Origin: Nemertoderma westbladi
Lineage: Eukaryota; Animalia; Xenacoelomorpha
DNA: 64,000 bases
Assembly (NCBI GenBank): GCA_032718475.1
Contig: JAUCBJ010007616.1
Span: 1-64,000, forward strand
Reading direction: 5' to 3'
In this document: positions 50,226 through 64,000 of the stretch, piece after piece
How positions within the stretch are numbered: the first letter of the stretch is position 1
Layout of the letters: every line of letters starts with the position of its first letter
Position numbers and translations under genes: made by a program
Notes under the pieces: model-generated
The model's database searches: none
What the model was told of the DNA's origin: nothing
The model's input: only the letters and a program-made list of their open reading frames with translations

Positions 50226-51210
50226 ATACCAGTATGGGAAACAACGTTGACGATTGTTTTGCAGATGATAATCCAGTTTCCAGATTCCACCTCGGATTCT
50301 GTGAGTACTGTGACTCGGCCAAAGTACCATATCATGGGAAAGGTGAAGATTGGAACAAAGGTCAGGCCACAAACAAAATGGTGCAAAGTTTGCTTGTGTA
50401 CCAAACTTTGAAGAGATTCCTGGTACGAATGTCAAAGTTGCACTGACTGTCCGGGCCTTTGTATTGGAAAGTGCTTTGCAGAATATCACGATAATATGTA
50501 ATGGTTGTTTTGATAATGAATAAAGATAAACAATGTAAACCTTTTTGTTTAAAAATTTCAAAATTGAACATTAGTTATAAATTTTTTACTAATAAACTAG
50601 ATCATTTATTTCCTGGATGATTAGATTAAACTTTCAATATCAACGTTTTATCATCTGTGGTTTGCCAATGATACGAGTCCTATTTTATTAAAAATAAAAC
50701 TATTAATATATTACTAATATTTTTACTTATTACATTACATTTTAATTACAAAGTTATTATAATATTATTTCAATTCCTGAAACGAATCGGAATCTAATTT
50801 AATAGGAACATTCAATTCCGGAAGTCTGGACAATCCAATTCCAGCAGTCTGGATATTCCGATTCTGGAAGTCTGGACATCCAGATGTCTGGATGTCTAGA
50901 ACCGACCGAAATTATGTACTAATGTGCTTGCATAATTAGGCACCTTGTTGCAAACGAATTTGGTCCATTATGGTACAGGTAACCATGGATAACAACAATA
51001 TTTGTTGACGCCCTACTTAACCCCTATTAGTTAAAAGCGCTTTTAAAAATTTAAAATAACGCTATTAGCTTAATACGATTGCTTGACACCCTTTTAACCT
51101 AAATGAGGCCTGTTAGGCTGAAACGTACGTATAGCGCTGGTTAAACCTCTGGTGACCCGCTTTCTCATTTTTTACACTTCTGAACAAATCCATTTACATT
51201 ACATCATTAA

Positions 51211-52777
51211 TTACACGTTCGTGGGGCCTTCGCGCAGCACGAGGCCCAGTTATGAGATACAAATTAAAATTGAGCGACTGTATCACAAAATCAGGTTTTG
51301 AAAAATTTACCCACACCACCAATCAATCAAAGAAAGTTATTTTCAATCGCACGTTCAATATGCAAAGCCAGGTGGTTTATAGGAATATAATAAACGCAGT
51401 ACTCGTTTTCATTATAAGCCTCATTGCGTTCGTCCTGTTTTGTATTTAAATATATTTCTTAAACGCAGGCTAGGACGTTCTTTATAATAATAATAACTAG
51501 GGATGCGATCAATATGTGAAGCCAGGTGGTTTATATAATAATTTAGTCAACGCAGTACTCGTCTTCATTATATGCCTCGTTGCGCTCGTCGCTTGTCCTG
51601 TTTTGTTATAAAATATTTTTCCTAAACGCAGACTGACAATCTTTATACAGTTATAACTATGCGAAGTTTCGAAACTGTGCGAGTAACTGTTGATACATCT
51701 ATGTATGTGGAGATGTGTGATACAACGCCAACGCATCGTATGCTGATGTAGTAATATGGGTATTGAAATAATATTAAATTAATGTACACTCTTAAAGCTG
51801 CAGCGAAAAAATGTAGCTAATTTCCTAGGTTACATATAAAATAATAATATTATTTTTAAGAACATTAATTTTACTACTTTGCAAAAATTCAATTAAAAAA
51901 TAACCAGACATATACATTGTGGAATAAACTATTTCAGAAGCCTACACAACAGCCATGCCATGGATTGTATTTATGTTATTATATCTGTCATTTACCTGAG
52001 ATAGCAATACAACACTTATAGTAGAGTCAATACAGGAAGGATGTTTGGATGTTGGATTTCAAGAATGATGTCTGGGCTGGAATAGCAATACTGGTTGCCT
52101 ATTACAGTACAATTCCTCTCTGGTTAGTCTACAGCCACAACTCCAAGCCAGCTAGCTCCACACCAGCAGAGACTTGACCAATAATCATTCCCAGCAACTA
52201 GCTGCTTTACACACACATCCTTCCATCGTACCAGCATGTTAGCCAATAAATGAGCAGTATTTAATGAGAATCAATTTTTTATGACGTTTTAATTACTTTA
52301 GATCAATTAAAGACACAATTAATAAAGCAAATCACTTGAACTAATTAAAAACTATAATAGAATGGCGTATGTGGATTACATCTGTATAATTTTTAAGTAT
52401 AATTATTTAAATCTTATACTGTAAAACAATTAATTTCCTTTAAAAGGCAGGTTGAAAATGGTGTTTTTACCGTAATCAACTTAATTAACTAATTAACTGC
52501 TATTATCTTAGCTTCTCGAAGGCCACACGGAAATTCTACTTGGAAAATTTCTAAACTTTTGCCAAACAACATGTGTACCAAGTTTGGATAGATTTCATCA
52601 AAGATTGGCTGAGTTATTAACGTTTAAAATTGGACGCGACAGAACGACAGAACGACAGGTTGATTAATGGTACCACTACGCTAAGGCTCACTCACTTCGT
52701 GGCTCGCCCCACAGAACGACAGGTTGATTAATGGTACCACTACGCTAAGGCTCACTTACTTCGTGGCTCGCCCCACA
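51211..52777 (+). mobile_element. Helentron-like non-autonomous element (family copy B), 3' end tandemly duplicated
   Basis: 5' ttacacgttcgtggggccttcgcgcagcacgaggccc; 3' cttcgtggctcgccccaca present twice (~52712 and ~52777). Confidence 0.6.
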
Positions 52778-53094
52778 GTTGCAACAGCTCATCTCCAATT
52801 TTTTTAACCCAAAAGAGCTTATCGTATGTTAAAAGCGCTTTTAGTAAGATAAGTATTTTCTATGGAGCCACTAATAGGGGTTAAAAGTTACTTCGAAGCA
52901 CCTTTTAGTTGCTATTAAAGGCAATAACAATAATGTATTATAGATTTTTGTACAATAACTTCATTAATATCTAGTCATTTTTTGTGGTCACATTAGTTCT
53001 TGAACAATGAATATATCTATATTTATTACCCTGATATTTTGTTATTTTTCCGGTTATTTTAACCCGAGGAACAGGAACTTTTCTGTTCCGACCA

Positions 53095-53400
53095 ATATTT
53101 GCATTTGGTTGTGAAATAGCTGAGATATGAGCGTTCAAAAGTTTCATGGTTTTGCACCTGCGCGAGGCTATTTTATTCTATTAAATAAAAACACTATATT
53201 CTAGAACATTTTGTTTATGTATGAATAGCTACATAATAGTACGTTTAAAGAAGCATTGCATTGTTGCCCAGCTACGTATGGGATAAACAAAATGTTCCAG
53301 AATATGATGTATTTATTAAATAGAATAAATGCGCGTGCAGGGGAAGCAAATACATGCAACTTTCGAATGCCCATATCTCGGCTATTTCTCTACCAAATTC
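53095..53400. repeat. Imperfect ~130-bp-arm inverted repeat (MITE-like)
   Basis: gaaatagctgagatatg...agaacattttgttta versus taaacaaaatgttc...catatctcggctatttc. Confidence 0.6.
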
Positions 53401-54632
53401 AAATGTTTTTACATTTTTGGAATCCTTGCACGACTAGCTTTAAATTAGTACTAACAAATCATAATAAGGCTGAAGAATAAATGTGGTGTGACTGGTGCAA
53501 TTTCAAAACACTATTGTCGAGACACTATTTTCAAAAGCTTGTAGCTAAAGAATGAAAGCGAAAATAAAAATTCTGGCTCACCCAGTAAGGAGGAGGGAGG
53601 TGAAACTAACTCTGTTTCAAATTCCATGCAATCTCATTAAGATTTGCAGACTAATTTGGGGGGGGGGGGGGGGGGGTCCATATACCAGAATAACGACACT
53701 ATACCTGGAATATAGTGTCGTTATTCTGGTATATGGTGTATATAGACGCGGGGGTGGAAAAGGAAGTATATCACTATAAATTAAATTATAAATTATATAT
53801 ATTTTTCCTCAATATTTATTGAGTGATTTCGAGAAACACATTTTTGTTAAAAAGGAAAACTAAAATAAGATCTGGAGGGTCTCATTTCCACTGTCCGAGT
53901 TCGCTCGACCTCGTGGTGATGGTAGGAACCATATAAAGTGATGACATAATACAATCATCAAAAATCTGCCTTTTAAATATTCGCTGAAACAATTTTATGT
54001 AAGTAGTGTAATTTAAACAGTTGACACCCCCCCCCCCCCCATCTTCTGTAAATGGAGTCCAAATATATATAGATGTACATTGTTTCACAATAATACCCCA
54101 ATAGACAATCAAGTTGTGGACAGTATTACTGCTTCATCCATCAATAATAAAATAACTGATATCCCTACGAAACCATCATTGTTTACGACAGATTTAACTC
54201 ATGAATATATTAATGATTTCTTAGCACTCTTATTAATATATATATATATAAAGAAAACATTATACTCAATGGTGGCCCATGGTCAACCCCAATATAAGTG
54301 AATTTTACAGCATGAATATTACAGCAGTGGATAAAGTAGATTTGGTACTGGATTACAGTGCACTATGAATAACAACATTATTTTTCCATAACCCATGGAA
54401 CATGTTTAAATAGAATATTAGCTTATCCCTCTGGACCCATATATGCCATAATATATGCCCTATAAACTACAAAAACAACAAATAACATTCATTTTTCTAA
54501 ATATAGCTAAATCAATACGTAACCACAATATCTGTCCTATTCAATCTACTATTATCTACTATACGTTATAGCATACTTTTTGTATTTTAATTCGTAACAA
54601 TGAGTAGTCGTGTGCTATGGCAAATCACTTAA

Positions 54633-55990
54633 GGTGGCTCAACATGAAAAATAAATGTAAAAATGAATTTTTTTTATTATTGATTCTAAACCACAATGTA
54701 ATGGAGATTCCGAATATGTAAGTTATATTCAATGAATGTCACTCTGCCAAAAGTTATGAGGTCGTTTGCGAAAGTTGTCCGAACACACCCGCCCCTAAAA
54801 AATATCACCACCATGTCTATTTTTGGCTTCATAAGAATTTTGTTGCAAAAGAGATGTTATTTCCATACTTTTCAAAGTAGAGGGAAATTCAAAGTTGAAT
54901 TTACAGTCTTTCTAATACATCTGGTAAGCCTATTGCAGCACACTGCTGACACTGCGGATTTAGGCCTATTTAATCTGACATTGAGCTCGGCTGGTGTGCT
55001 GCTGTAGTTTTATTAATTTATAATTGTATAATAAAAAATATGGTGCGCCTAATACCAAGAGAATGCCTCGCGCAGTACAAGCATATACAAACGTCATAAA
55101 TTTATCTGGAATCAACATGTGAAGAAGCAGGATGACAAACCCGAGCAAGTAAGTAAAAATAGGTATATTTCCGGTTTGGTAATCATTGAAGGTGCAATAG
55201 GGCTGCTCATGATCAAGTTAGTTTGTGAATAATGTAGTGTATTGTCTGTATTAGTGGATTTATATCTGTTATCAAGTAAGATACAGCCATATTATTATTA
55301 TTATTAATATTATTATTGACGTGTCCACCAGTAGGTGGATATGACAATAATAATTTATCCCAAAAAACCCAAAATATAGATGGCCTCAAACCCAATTTAA
55401 ACTATCATACAGGTTATGCTTAGATAACACTTTTAGCACATATGTTATATTATTTACATATTCACAAGAAAATACTACTTATTATGAGTATTGCTACTTT
55501 TTTTTTATAGATGTTCAAATTTTTGATAGCTGAACCAACAAATAGTGCGAACAGATCAACTGAGGTATGTGGATCCACCCAATCCCAAAGATATGAATAC
55601 TCCACCATCAACCTTCCATATCATTGATCTGTTCATACTCAAATAAAGCACTAGATAAATCTGCAATTTGTAAAACTTGCAAACGGAATGATAGTATTTC
55701 TGTCAACACTGTTCCTTCACCTACCAGTAGTGGATTCTGTGAGACGTTTGAACTTAGATGTAGATATTGCTATCCTCATAGAATTGCCCCTGAGTCAGTT
55801 AGTTCATCTAACTAATCCGAACCATTCACATTCAAGGTTGTTTGAGTTTAACTTGCCTATGATGTATGGATTTAGATGTGTTGGACTTGGGCTGGAGCCT
55901 GCCAAAATATTTGCAGCAGTTTCAGGCTTACCTCTTCCACCATCAAATATAATATCGTATAATATGGCTATTGAAAGTGCAGGGAAGATT
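54633..55990 (+). mobile_element. Kolobok-like transposon remnant with frameshifted transposase N-terminus (55600-55990)
   Basis: TTAA|GGTGG left end; CKTC..SGF....LRCRYC then FEFNL.MMYGFRCVGLG...AKIFAAV.GLP. Confidence 0.55.
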
Positions 55991-56995
55991 GAAACATTTC
56001 CGCTTTCCGCATTTCCGCATTCCCGCTTTCCTTCATGTCGTTAAGCCATGCAGTTAAGATTTCTTTCGTGCTTGCAAATTCTGGTTTTTCTAGTACTCGT
56101 CCAAGGCCGACATTTTTAAAATAATGTAGTGTCATTGCCATGTGTCATTGCATGATATCGTGTTGTTATCTTTATAAGCGAGATATTCTCTTAAGGCATT
56201 TAAAGATCTTTTAGTGGCCTTTTACGCACTTTCATTTTTTCTAGCAGAGAGGTAACTTTCGTTGTATGAATCATTCTGAGAAAATCGATTGATTGGTTAA
56301 TCTACCGGTTCTGGTAACATTTCATTTTCGAAATCATGGAATATAGGTCGTCCATATCCATATTACCTTACACGGTATGCCTATGCTAATTCAGATATAC
56401 GGATCTACCACAAAAAATAACAAATATATTTATTTCTACTGTATTGTTGCCGGTAGCCTGTAGTAAGTATAAGAATGAACTGGCTGACAGTAACCAAGGA
56501 CAACTCCACTTCTACTAGACTAAGAGTATAGTTGTAAAGTATAAATTAGAAAACAAAAAATTGAATATTATCTAAGGCCTAAATGTAAAGGCTTAACTGT
56601 CTAACTTCAATACAAACAACACGGTATGGTATTAATTGACCTACCAGTGTCCTAGGCGAATATGCCCCATGCGTGGAATGCTCCCCTCCCCATAGATTTA
56701 AGTATAGTAATACTGCAGTAGGCCTAGCTTGCACTTTAACTTGGATTAATTTGTTGTTTTTTCGGTTAGGGATAGTTAGTTGGTAAGGCCCAAACCCTAA
56801 TTAAAACTGACATGTAACCCTAACCCTAAGTCATAAGGCTCTAATCGAAGAAATTTTGGGGAATTTTGGACCCATGGCCCCAAAGTATTCTATGTATATT
56901 AATTAATCACATCCCTTAAAATCGTCGCGAATGAAATCTGAAATATCTATTAGGCCCTATAGCAGCTTTTATCAAAGCGAAACCTTTAGATATCT

Positions 56996-57800
56996 TCATT
57001 GTCCCCACTGATCACCTCGAATCGGTGGTCTTATAACCCCTAAGAACCATGTCGGACCACAGTTCTCTACCCACAAAGCAGTGACATGATACTCTACTAC
57101 AATGTCTTTATCACCAACGGGATTTGGGGCCTTATCCAGTGCCACAGACATTTTATTGGTTGTGAACAGGACATCATGGGCTTCATTGAATTCTGACATT
57201 GAAATAATTTGGAAGTTGCTTATAGTTCTTAAACAACACCTCATGTTGTTAGGATAAACTTGAAGGCTCAGCATTTTACCTTTTTCCCTAAGTTGGAAAA
57301 GCTTGGAGTCTGAGAGTTTTGATGTTGACTTTGCATATCGTACTTCAACATACATTCGAGAAAGCTTTTCTTTATCGGTTAGGCCAGTCATCAATAAATA
57401 ATCATCAATTTCTATGTCAGAAGTGAAAGGACCAGGTGGTTTTGATATTTTGAGAGTGTTTAAGTCCTGTAGTTTCTTCCATTCCTTAGCTAAATTTTGC
57501 GTTTCTGCTAGTAGATAGTTCGCTTTTTCTAGCTCTTTCTGTTTCTCATTCCAAGTCAATACAATATCGTGAATTTTATCTGCCTTTTGTTTGAACTGTT
57601 TATATGCATTAGGGCCAGCTCGTTGAATAAGATCAAATCACTTATTAAGTACTTATTTCCTTGATGAGGTTGCTAACTGATCTTTACCGCGTATCTTTAG
57701 CTCATAGTTAAGCAACCCTACATTTCTTTCTTCTTGAAGATTATGCACTGGTGCCGAATCTAGTTTTGTCAACATTTCTAAATCCAATGTAGAATGCTTA
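56996..57800 (-). pseudogene. Degenerate C-terminal part of a DNA-transposon protein
   Basis: APVHNLQEERNVGLLNYEL upstream of ORF 56996-57559, with stops/frameshifts; superfamily uncertain. Confidence 0.45.
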
Positions 57801-58006
57801 AGTACATTTCCAGTTGGAATTTAAATTGTCCTGCAAAATGTTACAGGCTAATCTCATGATATTGACGCTAATTGAATTCCCGTCGTCATAAAAAGTCTTA
57901 CATTTCTTTCATACAACTTTTTTGTCTGAGTTACATAATATTTCAATTTGCGGATAAAAACTATTTTATCTTATTCGAAACAAAAAAAGTATCAATCAAT
58001 TAATAT

Positions 58007-58527
58007 ATGTGGGGCGAGCCACGAAGTTGGCGGAGCCTTAGCGAATTGACACTGTTAGGGGGTGGGTCAATTTATGCAAATAGTTGTCGTCGTCGTCGTT
58101 GTCGTCGTCGTCGTCATCGTCGTTGTCGTCGTCGTTGTCGTCGTCGTTACGATTTTGACATGCTAATAACTTTGTCGGATTTAAAGCTGCCAAGTTGAAA
58201 ATTTGTAGGTATCAATATGAGCAAAAGTTGAGATTTTTGAGAGACTTTCAGACACCCAGTGCAATGGTCTCCCGCTAGAGGGCCACATGTCTAAACATTA
58301 AATGCCCTCCCATTTCTTTGCTTTTAATCCGTTTAAGCTGAAACTTGGCAGATATGTATTAGACCATTAGCTGTGACTTTCAAAGGAGGCGAATCCATCT
58401 GCAGTTCTCCAGTCTGCCGCTAGAGGGCCAACGTGACTATTTGCATAAATTGACCTACCCCCTAACAGTGTCAATTCGCTAAGGCTCTGCCAACTTCGTG
58501 CTGCGCGAAGTCCCCACTTCGTGTAAA
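58007..58527 (-). mobile_element. Helentron-like non-autonomous element (related copy C) with (GTC)n microsatellite and long subterminal inverted repeats
   Basis: Termini are reverse complements of the 51211/52777 termini; 58020-58082 is inverted at 58438-58500. Confidence 0.7.
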
Positions 58528-60169
58528 CAATATACATCTAACATACTCGACTTATACATTAAAATATATTTTGCACCTAGAATATTATTAGTAACAGGTA
58601 ATTAACAATTAATTCGTAGTTGATTATTGCAATATCTACATTGACGCAAAACTAACATAAATATATATAGTCTGTTTTATTAATCACACAACAATCGGTC
58701 TACTCAAAACATATTTCTTTAAATAAACGTATGGAACAGTTAATGTCAAAATAAATATTTATTACTTTGGGAGAGAAAGTACAACTTTTTTCACTATTCT
58801 CAATGTATTTTATTTACTGAGCGGCAACGGGGTTTGTGAGAGTCGTGAGAATACTGAAAAAATATATTTTGACGTTTATTTCATGCAATACGTCATTTTA
58901 TTCTTAATTTGCTACTTTTTGTTAGTAAATGATAGAATGAAATGGTGTTCAACTTAATTTAAAATTTGAAATTGAACTGCAGTTTTTACTATATTGCTTC
59001 CATAGTCACCTCTATTCCACTTATTGTTCTCTAGGGTGTTGCTTTCCTCAATATTAAATAATTTAATGTTCTGGAATATTTACGACATAAGCAGAGAGCA
59101 GGGCAACCATATAAACAAATATTGGATATTGAGTTCTATTTTGGGGAATATTCGGGTGAAAAAGTAACAATTTAAGAATAATAAATACGTTCAAATTCTG
59201 CAAATCTAAGTTATATAATTATATAAATCAACAAATTAATAAATACAATTTTGAATATTTAAAATTTATTTGTAAATTATATATTAAAAATATTTTAGCT
59301 CATTATTTAGTCTTATTTAGATATGGATAACAATTTTCGGCAAAAGCATGATATTTGGTATTAATGACATTTTTTAAGATCTTTTGTCATGAATTGTGAC
59401 CCTGTGGTTACTGGTTTGATGATTATTGATTATTAATGCGTATTATTGATGGGGCAATGATAATGGCCTGTTATAATAAAAACTAGCAATTGCTTTTGCT
59501 TGGAATTTTAATATCCTTTTCTTGCATTCCTATTAATAAAAAAAAGTAGCTATTGCTTACAAGCAAATGGACCTTTTACTATATTATTTTAAACGATCTA
59601 GCAATTGCTTAGAAATAACCACTTGCTAGAATTCTTATAAATAAAACATGCTCAAACAGTCTTGTTGAAAACTGGTAATTTGTGAGTTACGGAATTTGGT
59701 ATGTTTCTATGATAATTTTATAGTATAAAATAATGTTATAGTTAGTTTTAAATATTGAACACTCTTCTTAGGGCAGACCCCTTCGGCATAATATAACAAA
59801 TAATTATATTTGCCTGTTGTCTCTGGGGTTGTGTAAAGACAAGCACTTAAATATATTTCTTTCCATAGTCATTATCTATGAGATTTTTCAACAAATTAGT
59901 AATTGTTACAATCTAAATATGAAATAAACAAATAATATCTATTTGTAAGATAGCCCAAGTATCAAATATTAAAATTGTAGTGATACTGATATTTTTTTTC
60001 CATATGGATTGTGTGAGTTGCAGAATTGTGAGTTACGGAAATATTTAAGTATCAAAACAGCCATACCATTCAAGATTAAAAATTGGCTAATAATAACATC
60101 AAAATCATAACTTTCTAATGGTTTAAAGTAGTTCAGATGTTCATTGTTCATATAATAAGCATTCTAAGA

Positions 60170-61800
60170 TCACTTTAAGTTAGAAATGCTGTCGTTCATA
60201 TCAAATGTCAAGAGCCTGTGTCTAGACATACCAGGAACTGGTAAAATGGCTGTGATTGACTTGATGTCGACTGGATATATGTCGTCATTGTCCGGAAATT
60301 GGAATGCTGTGCCACCACCATGAATAAGTCATTTCCTCAAAAACTTAACTTGTATACTTCCTCAAAAACTTAACTAGTATACTATCACCAGTGACAGACA
60401 GAACAGTTCCAACACAGTAAAACCCAGCATCAAATTTGGAAATCATATAGACCCCTGAAATAATCTTGTCTTGGAAGGGATATCCCATACCTTGGCTGTA
60501 ACTTGTTGTTGGTTGGTTGACAACAGTATCCATATCAATATCAGTTTCTTCAGTATCAGAATCCTCAGTATCGAAATCTTGCTCAAGTTCATTAGTTGTC
60601 ATTGAGATGTCTTTATTTCTGTATGTACTGTCTAACTGTACCAATAAAAGTTTACCGACATATCACTATTGCAAATAACTTGGTGTATTTTTAGTGTTTC
60701 CTTTATTGGTGGAGCATACAAAATTGCAGAAGCTAATTCTGGGTCTTTGATGGAGCACTTGTCCAAAAAACTTACACTAGTTTTAACCTTGGCCTCACCA
60801 TAGGTTGCAAAATGCTTTGCATCTTGGATAACAACTTTACCACTCATTACATCTCTATATACCTTTATTTTTAGTACACCACCAACAGCGTCATGGGGCC
60901 CCTTGATCTTGAAGGGTGACTTTCGCCGTAGATCCACGAAATACATATGTCTGATGGATAGTGACGCAGTAGAGCAAAGGTAAAACGAGATTTAAACTGA
61001 GCTGAGCTGCCATCCGACCAGAAATGTGCATGTTTCAAAATAAGATATTAGTTCCTTGCATTTATTTATCTATTAACATAGAACATCACTTGAATGTTAC
61101 AAACTTGTAATGATCTACTTCGTTTGAAACCACAGCAAATGATTTATTTTTGGTATTTTTCAGTGATGAAGATGGTAATGAGTCGATGTCTGAATCTTGA
61201 TTGTTGTCGTCGGCAGCGAATTCCAGTCCCTCAACTGCATGGTTTACATAATTGTTGAAGTAAATAACAGCTGTAAATATTGTAAAGGACTCCTATCCAA
61301 AATATGCAGATTGAACTTCATTCAGCTGCTCATTTTTATAATTTTGGGAGCTTGTTTGATGGAAGGGAACATTTTAGGTGACGCAGCTCGGCATGCTGGT
61401 AGAGATAACCAAACATATGCTGCTTGAATACAACCATCTTCCTTATAAGGGTTTTAACAAACTTGAATCATGTTGCTTCCAATTTGACTTTTTTTTTATG
61501 TTTTTTTCTTTACTTCTGCAGATATGGGTATGGCGACCCACTGGTAATATAGAATTACATCAGTGAGTTACCAGTACAGTAAGCTCGTCTTTCATTGCTG
61601 CTTGCCCAGGACAGCTCTCAGCTTTACTATTAAATTGAAAGCAAGGATGTAGAACTTTCATCAGCTGGTCTGGTTTATCTGGCAGTGACAGAATTTTTAG
61701 CAACAATAGCTCGAGGTTTTCGCATGTATCACAATGACAGCTGTCCTTGGGCAATGTTCAATTTAGCAATATATGCTTCTCTTCTTTCATGATCTTTTGA
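60170..61800 (-). pseudogene. Degenerate EnSpm/CACTA-like transposase
   Basis: CHCDTCENLELLL, WSDGSSAQFKSRF, KGPHDAVGGVLK; many frameshifts; dispersed tgtgagttacggaa motifs at 59681, 60027, 61834, 61859. Confidence 0.6.
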
Positions 61801-61978
61801 AGGGAATGTGTTGTAATTGTCCTGTTACATGAATGTGAGTTACGGAATAATATACAATTGTGAGTTACGGAATTGTTTCACATCCAAATGAGCTCTTATT
61901 AATATAATATTAGATGAATGTATGGCAGGAAAATGCTTCCCTCTCATTAAACTCGAACTTTTTATTAAAAATATGTGT

Positions 61979-62394
61979 AGAGGCTTGTAAAATCCTCAAC
62001 CTTTGACTATTTAATCCAAGTAGTGTTGAGCCTTATTGAAAAGGTGTAATACAAATTGGACAATTGGTCAATTTTTGTGTTATGATAAATTGTTCCCTAA
62101 CTCTTGTTCCATACAACAAATTAGTAACATTTTGTTACTATAAATGTTACTAATTTGTTGTATGGAACAAGAGTTAGGGAACAATTTATCATAACACAAA
62201 AATTGACCAATTGTCCAAAATCTGTGTAAAAATATGTCTGTCATGTTACTAATTTGTTGTATGGAACAAGAGTTATGGAACAATTTATCATAACACAAAA
62301 ATTGACCAATTGTCCAATTTGTATTACACCTTTTCAATAAGGCTCAACACTACTTGGATTAAATAGTCAAAGGTTGAGGATTTTACAAGCCTCT
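61979..62394. repeat. Near-perfect inverted duplication (foldback)
   Basis: 61979-62130 is inverted at 62243-62394 and partly at 62144-62217. Confidence 0.9.
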
Positions 62395-62559
62395 CTAGAG
62401 GTGGTTGAGTGGTTTTTTGAGAACATTTAAACTGTTAGGTTTAGTAACATTTTTTGTTTAAGAACAGTTATTCACTGGAATTACCACAAAAAGGGTCATA
62501 CTATGTGGAATCAGTCTATAATTGTGTCATTCTTTCGTCACCATGTTTTCCATTCTTCA

Positions 62560-62990
62560 GGATGGACCAAACCTCACTACCCAGAAAGGCTTGAAAAAAA
62601 CCCCTTTCATAATTCCTGAATCATGAAACATTCTAGCCTCTACATGCACCTCCTGAAAACGGCCAATAAAGGAATTATCTTAGGTGATTCAGGATGGCCT
62701 AACGCCATTCCTAATAAAGCCATATGAAAATCCGCAAAATTCAAAACAGGCAATTTTCAATAAATTCCATGCCAGAAATTGGGTTGTTATTGAACAGACT
62801 TTTTTGGACAGCTGAAGCGACCCTTTCGTATTATGAAATATGGCATCAGACTAAAGCTAAGCAAGATATCGGATTGCATTACCTCATATTGCACAATGCC
62901 GCACGTTATTTAAATGATCCACTGAAATTTGATGAAGATGACTCTGATGAAACTCAGCAAAGATTTGGTAATTCCAGACACTGAAGGAGG
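62560..62990 (+). pseudogene. Degenerate PIF/Harbinger (DDE_Tnp_4) transposase 3' half
   Basis: GIILGDSGW, PFLIKPY, FNKFHAR..VVIEQTF.QLK, LILHN; frameshifted; possible convergent partner-gene remnant at ~63300-63600. Confidence 0.7.
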
Positions 62991-64000
62991 AAGTACATTG
63001 CATTGGAAAGTTGAAAAGAGACATTACAAACTTGCAAATATTATATTCGATCATCACTATTGCTACAGTGTTCTGATGTCAAAAACACTGATGACCTGAA
63101 TGATATTATTTAGGAAAAATAGAGCTATATTATTTACGTTAATTGCCAATATTATAAATATCAATATATATTTATGATACTGTAACTTATATTTCAAATT
63201 ACTATTTAATTTTGTTGACATTTTTAACTAATTTGAATCAGTTTAGTGAATGTGTTTGTCCTCATTGTACATCCTGTGGTTCAATAACTCATCCCATCCA
63301 GTTCCAGATTGCGTCACCACCCCACCCCCTCAATTCATACCATAATGTGAGGTTGATCCTTGTCCTTTCTTCATCTTTTTTCTCACGAATGTAGTGCAAC
63401 TTCTCTATGAGAACCAGTCATTGTAGATCCGCATAATTCAAGTTGATTGTTTCTTTCATTTCAGCACTCAACCGTGATTTCTTAACTGGTGGGGCCATTC
63501 CTGGTTGTCTAGGTGCGACAGTCAGAGGTTAACTATAGGAGATATTCTGGAGAGTGGGTGAGGGCTTTCACTTTTGCAGTACTTGCTTTTTTAGCCAATA
63601 TCTTATCAGACTCCACCATCTAAACTTATGCTGGTTGTCAGCTTTGTGACTGTTGCGTGTTATCAGAGCCATGTAGTAGTATATCAAATAAAGCCTTATC
63701 CAATTCCAGAAAATGAACCCTCTTGTTTCCTGTTGTATTGATGTCTGTTTTAATTTTAAACAGAAAAGAACAAGTAGTGCAATTTGAAAAACATAATTGT
63801 TTAGATCTGGAACATTTCGTAATGTTTTGTTTTATTTTTCACAGTGGATTTCATGTTAGCAATCCTATTGTAATCCTCGTATGTGAGCAATCCTCAATGT
63901 ACAAGAGTGGCCAAACCAAATCGAAGTCATTTGGTTGCACAATTTACCATACCATACAGTAAATGTATTGTGCTTATATATTGCTTGACCAGTGTACATA

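Noticed and set aside
58007-58198. Arg/Cys-rich protamine-like ORF
   Set aside because: Translation of a (GTC)n microsatellite inside a non-autonomous element

Overview
AT-rich, repeat-dense animal (invertebrate-like) nuclear DNA. It is not prokaryotic, and no CRISPR array, rRNA or bona fide tRNA is visible. Host genes: a single-exon delta/zeta-class tubulin that best matches zeta-tubulin (2742-3989 +), a two-coding-exon GAPR-1/GLIPR2-like CAP protein (7244-4497 -), a NAT8/camello-like GNAT acetyltransferase (11902-12576 +), two recently tandem-duplicated barrier-to-autointegration-factor (BAF)-like genes with unusual Lys/Arg-rich tails (19642-20109 and 22562-23029 +), and PRCC (32971-31643 -). 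The rest is mostly mobile DNA. This includes an apparently intact two-ORF CR1/L2-group LINE with a TSD (37819-43025), an apparently intact hATm-type transposon with an 8-bp TSD (45074-48531), and RTE and other RT fragments, one joined to a tRNA-like head inside a MITE. There are also Tc1/mariner-like and Kolobok-like MITEs, Helentron-like non-autonomous elements, decayed MULE, Kolobok, EnSpm-like and Harbinger transposases, an orphan triple-zinc-knuckle ORF, and three satellites (16, 52 and 57 bp units). All family assignments rest on motif recognition by eye, not on database searches.
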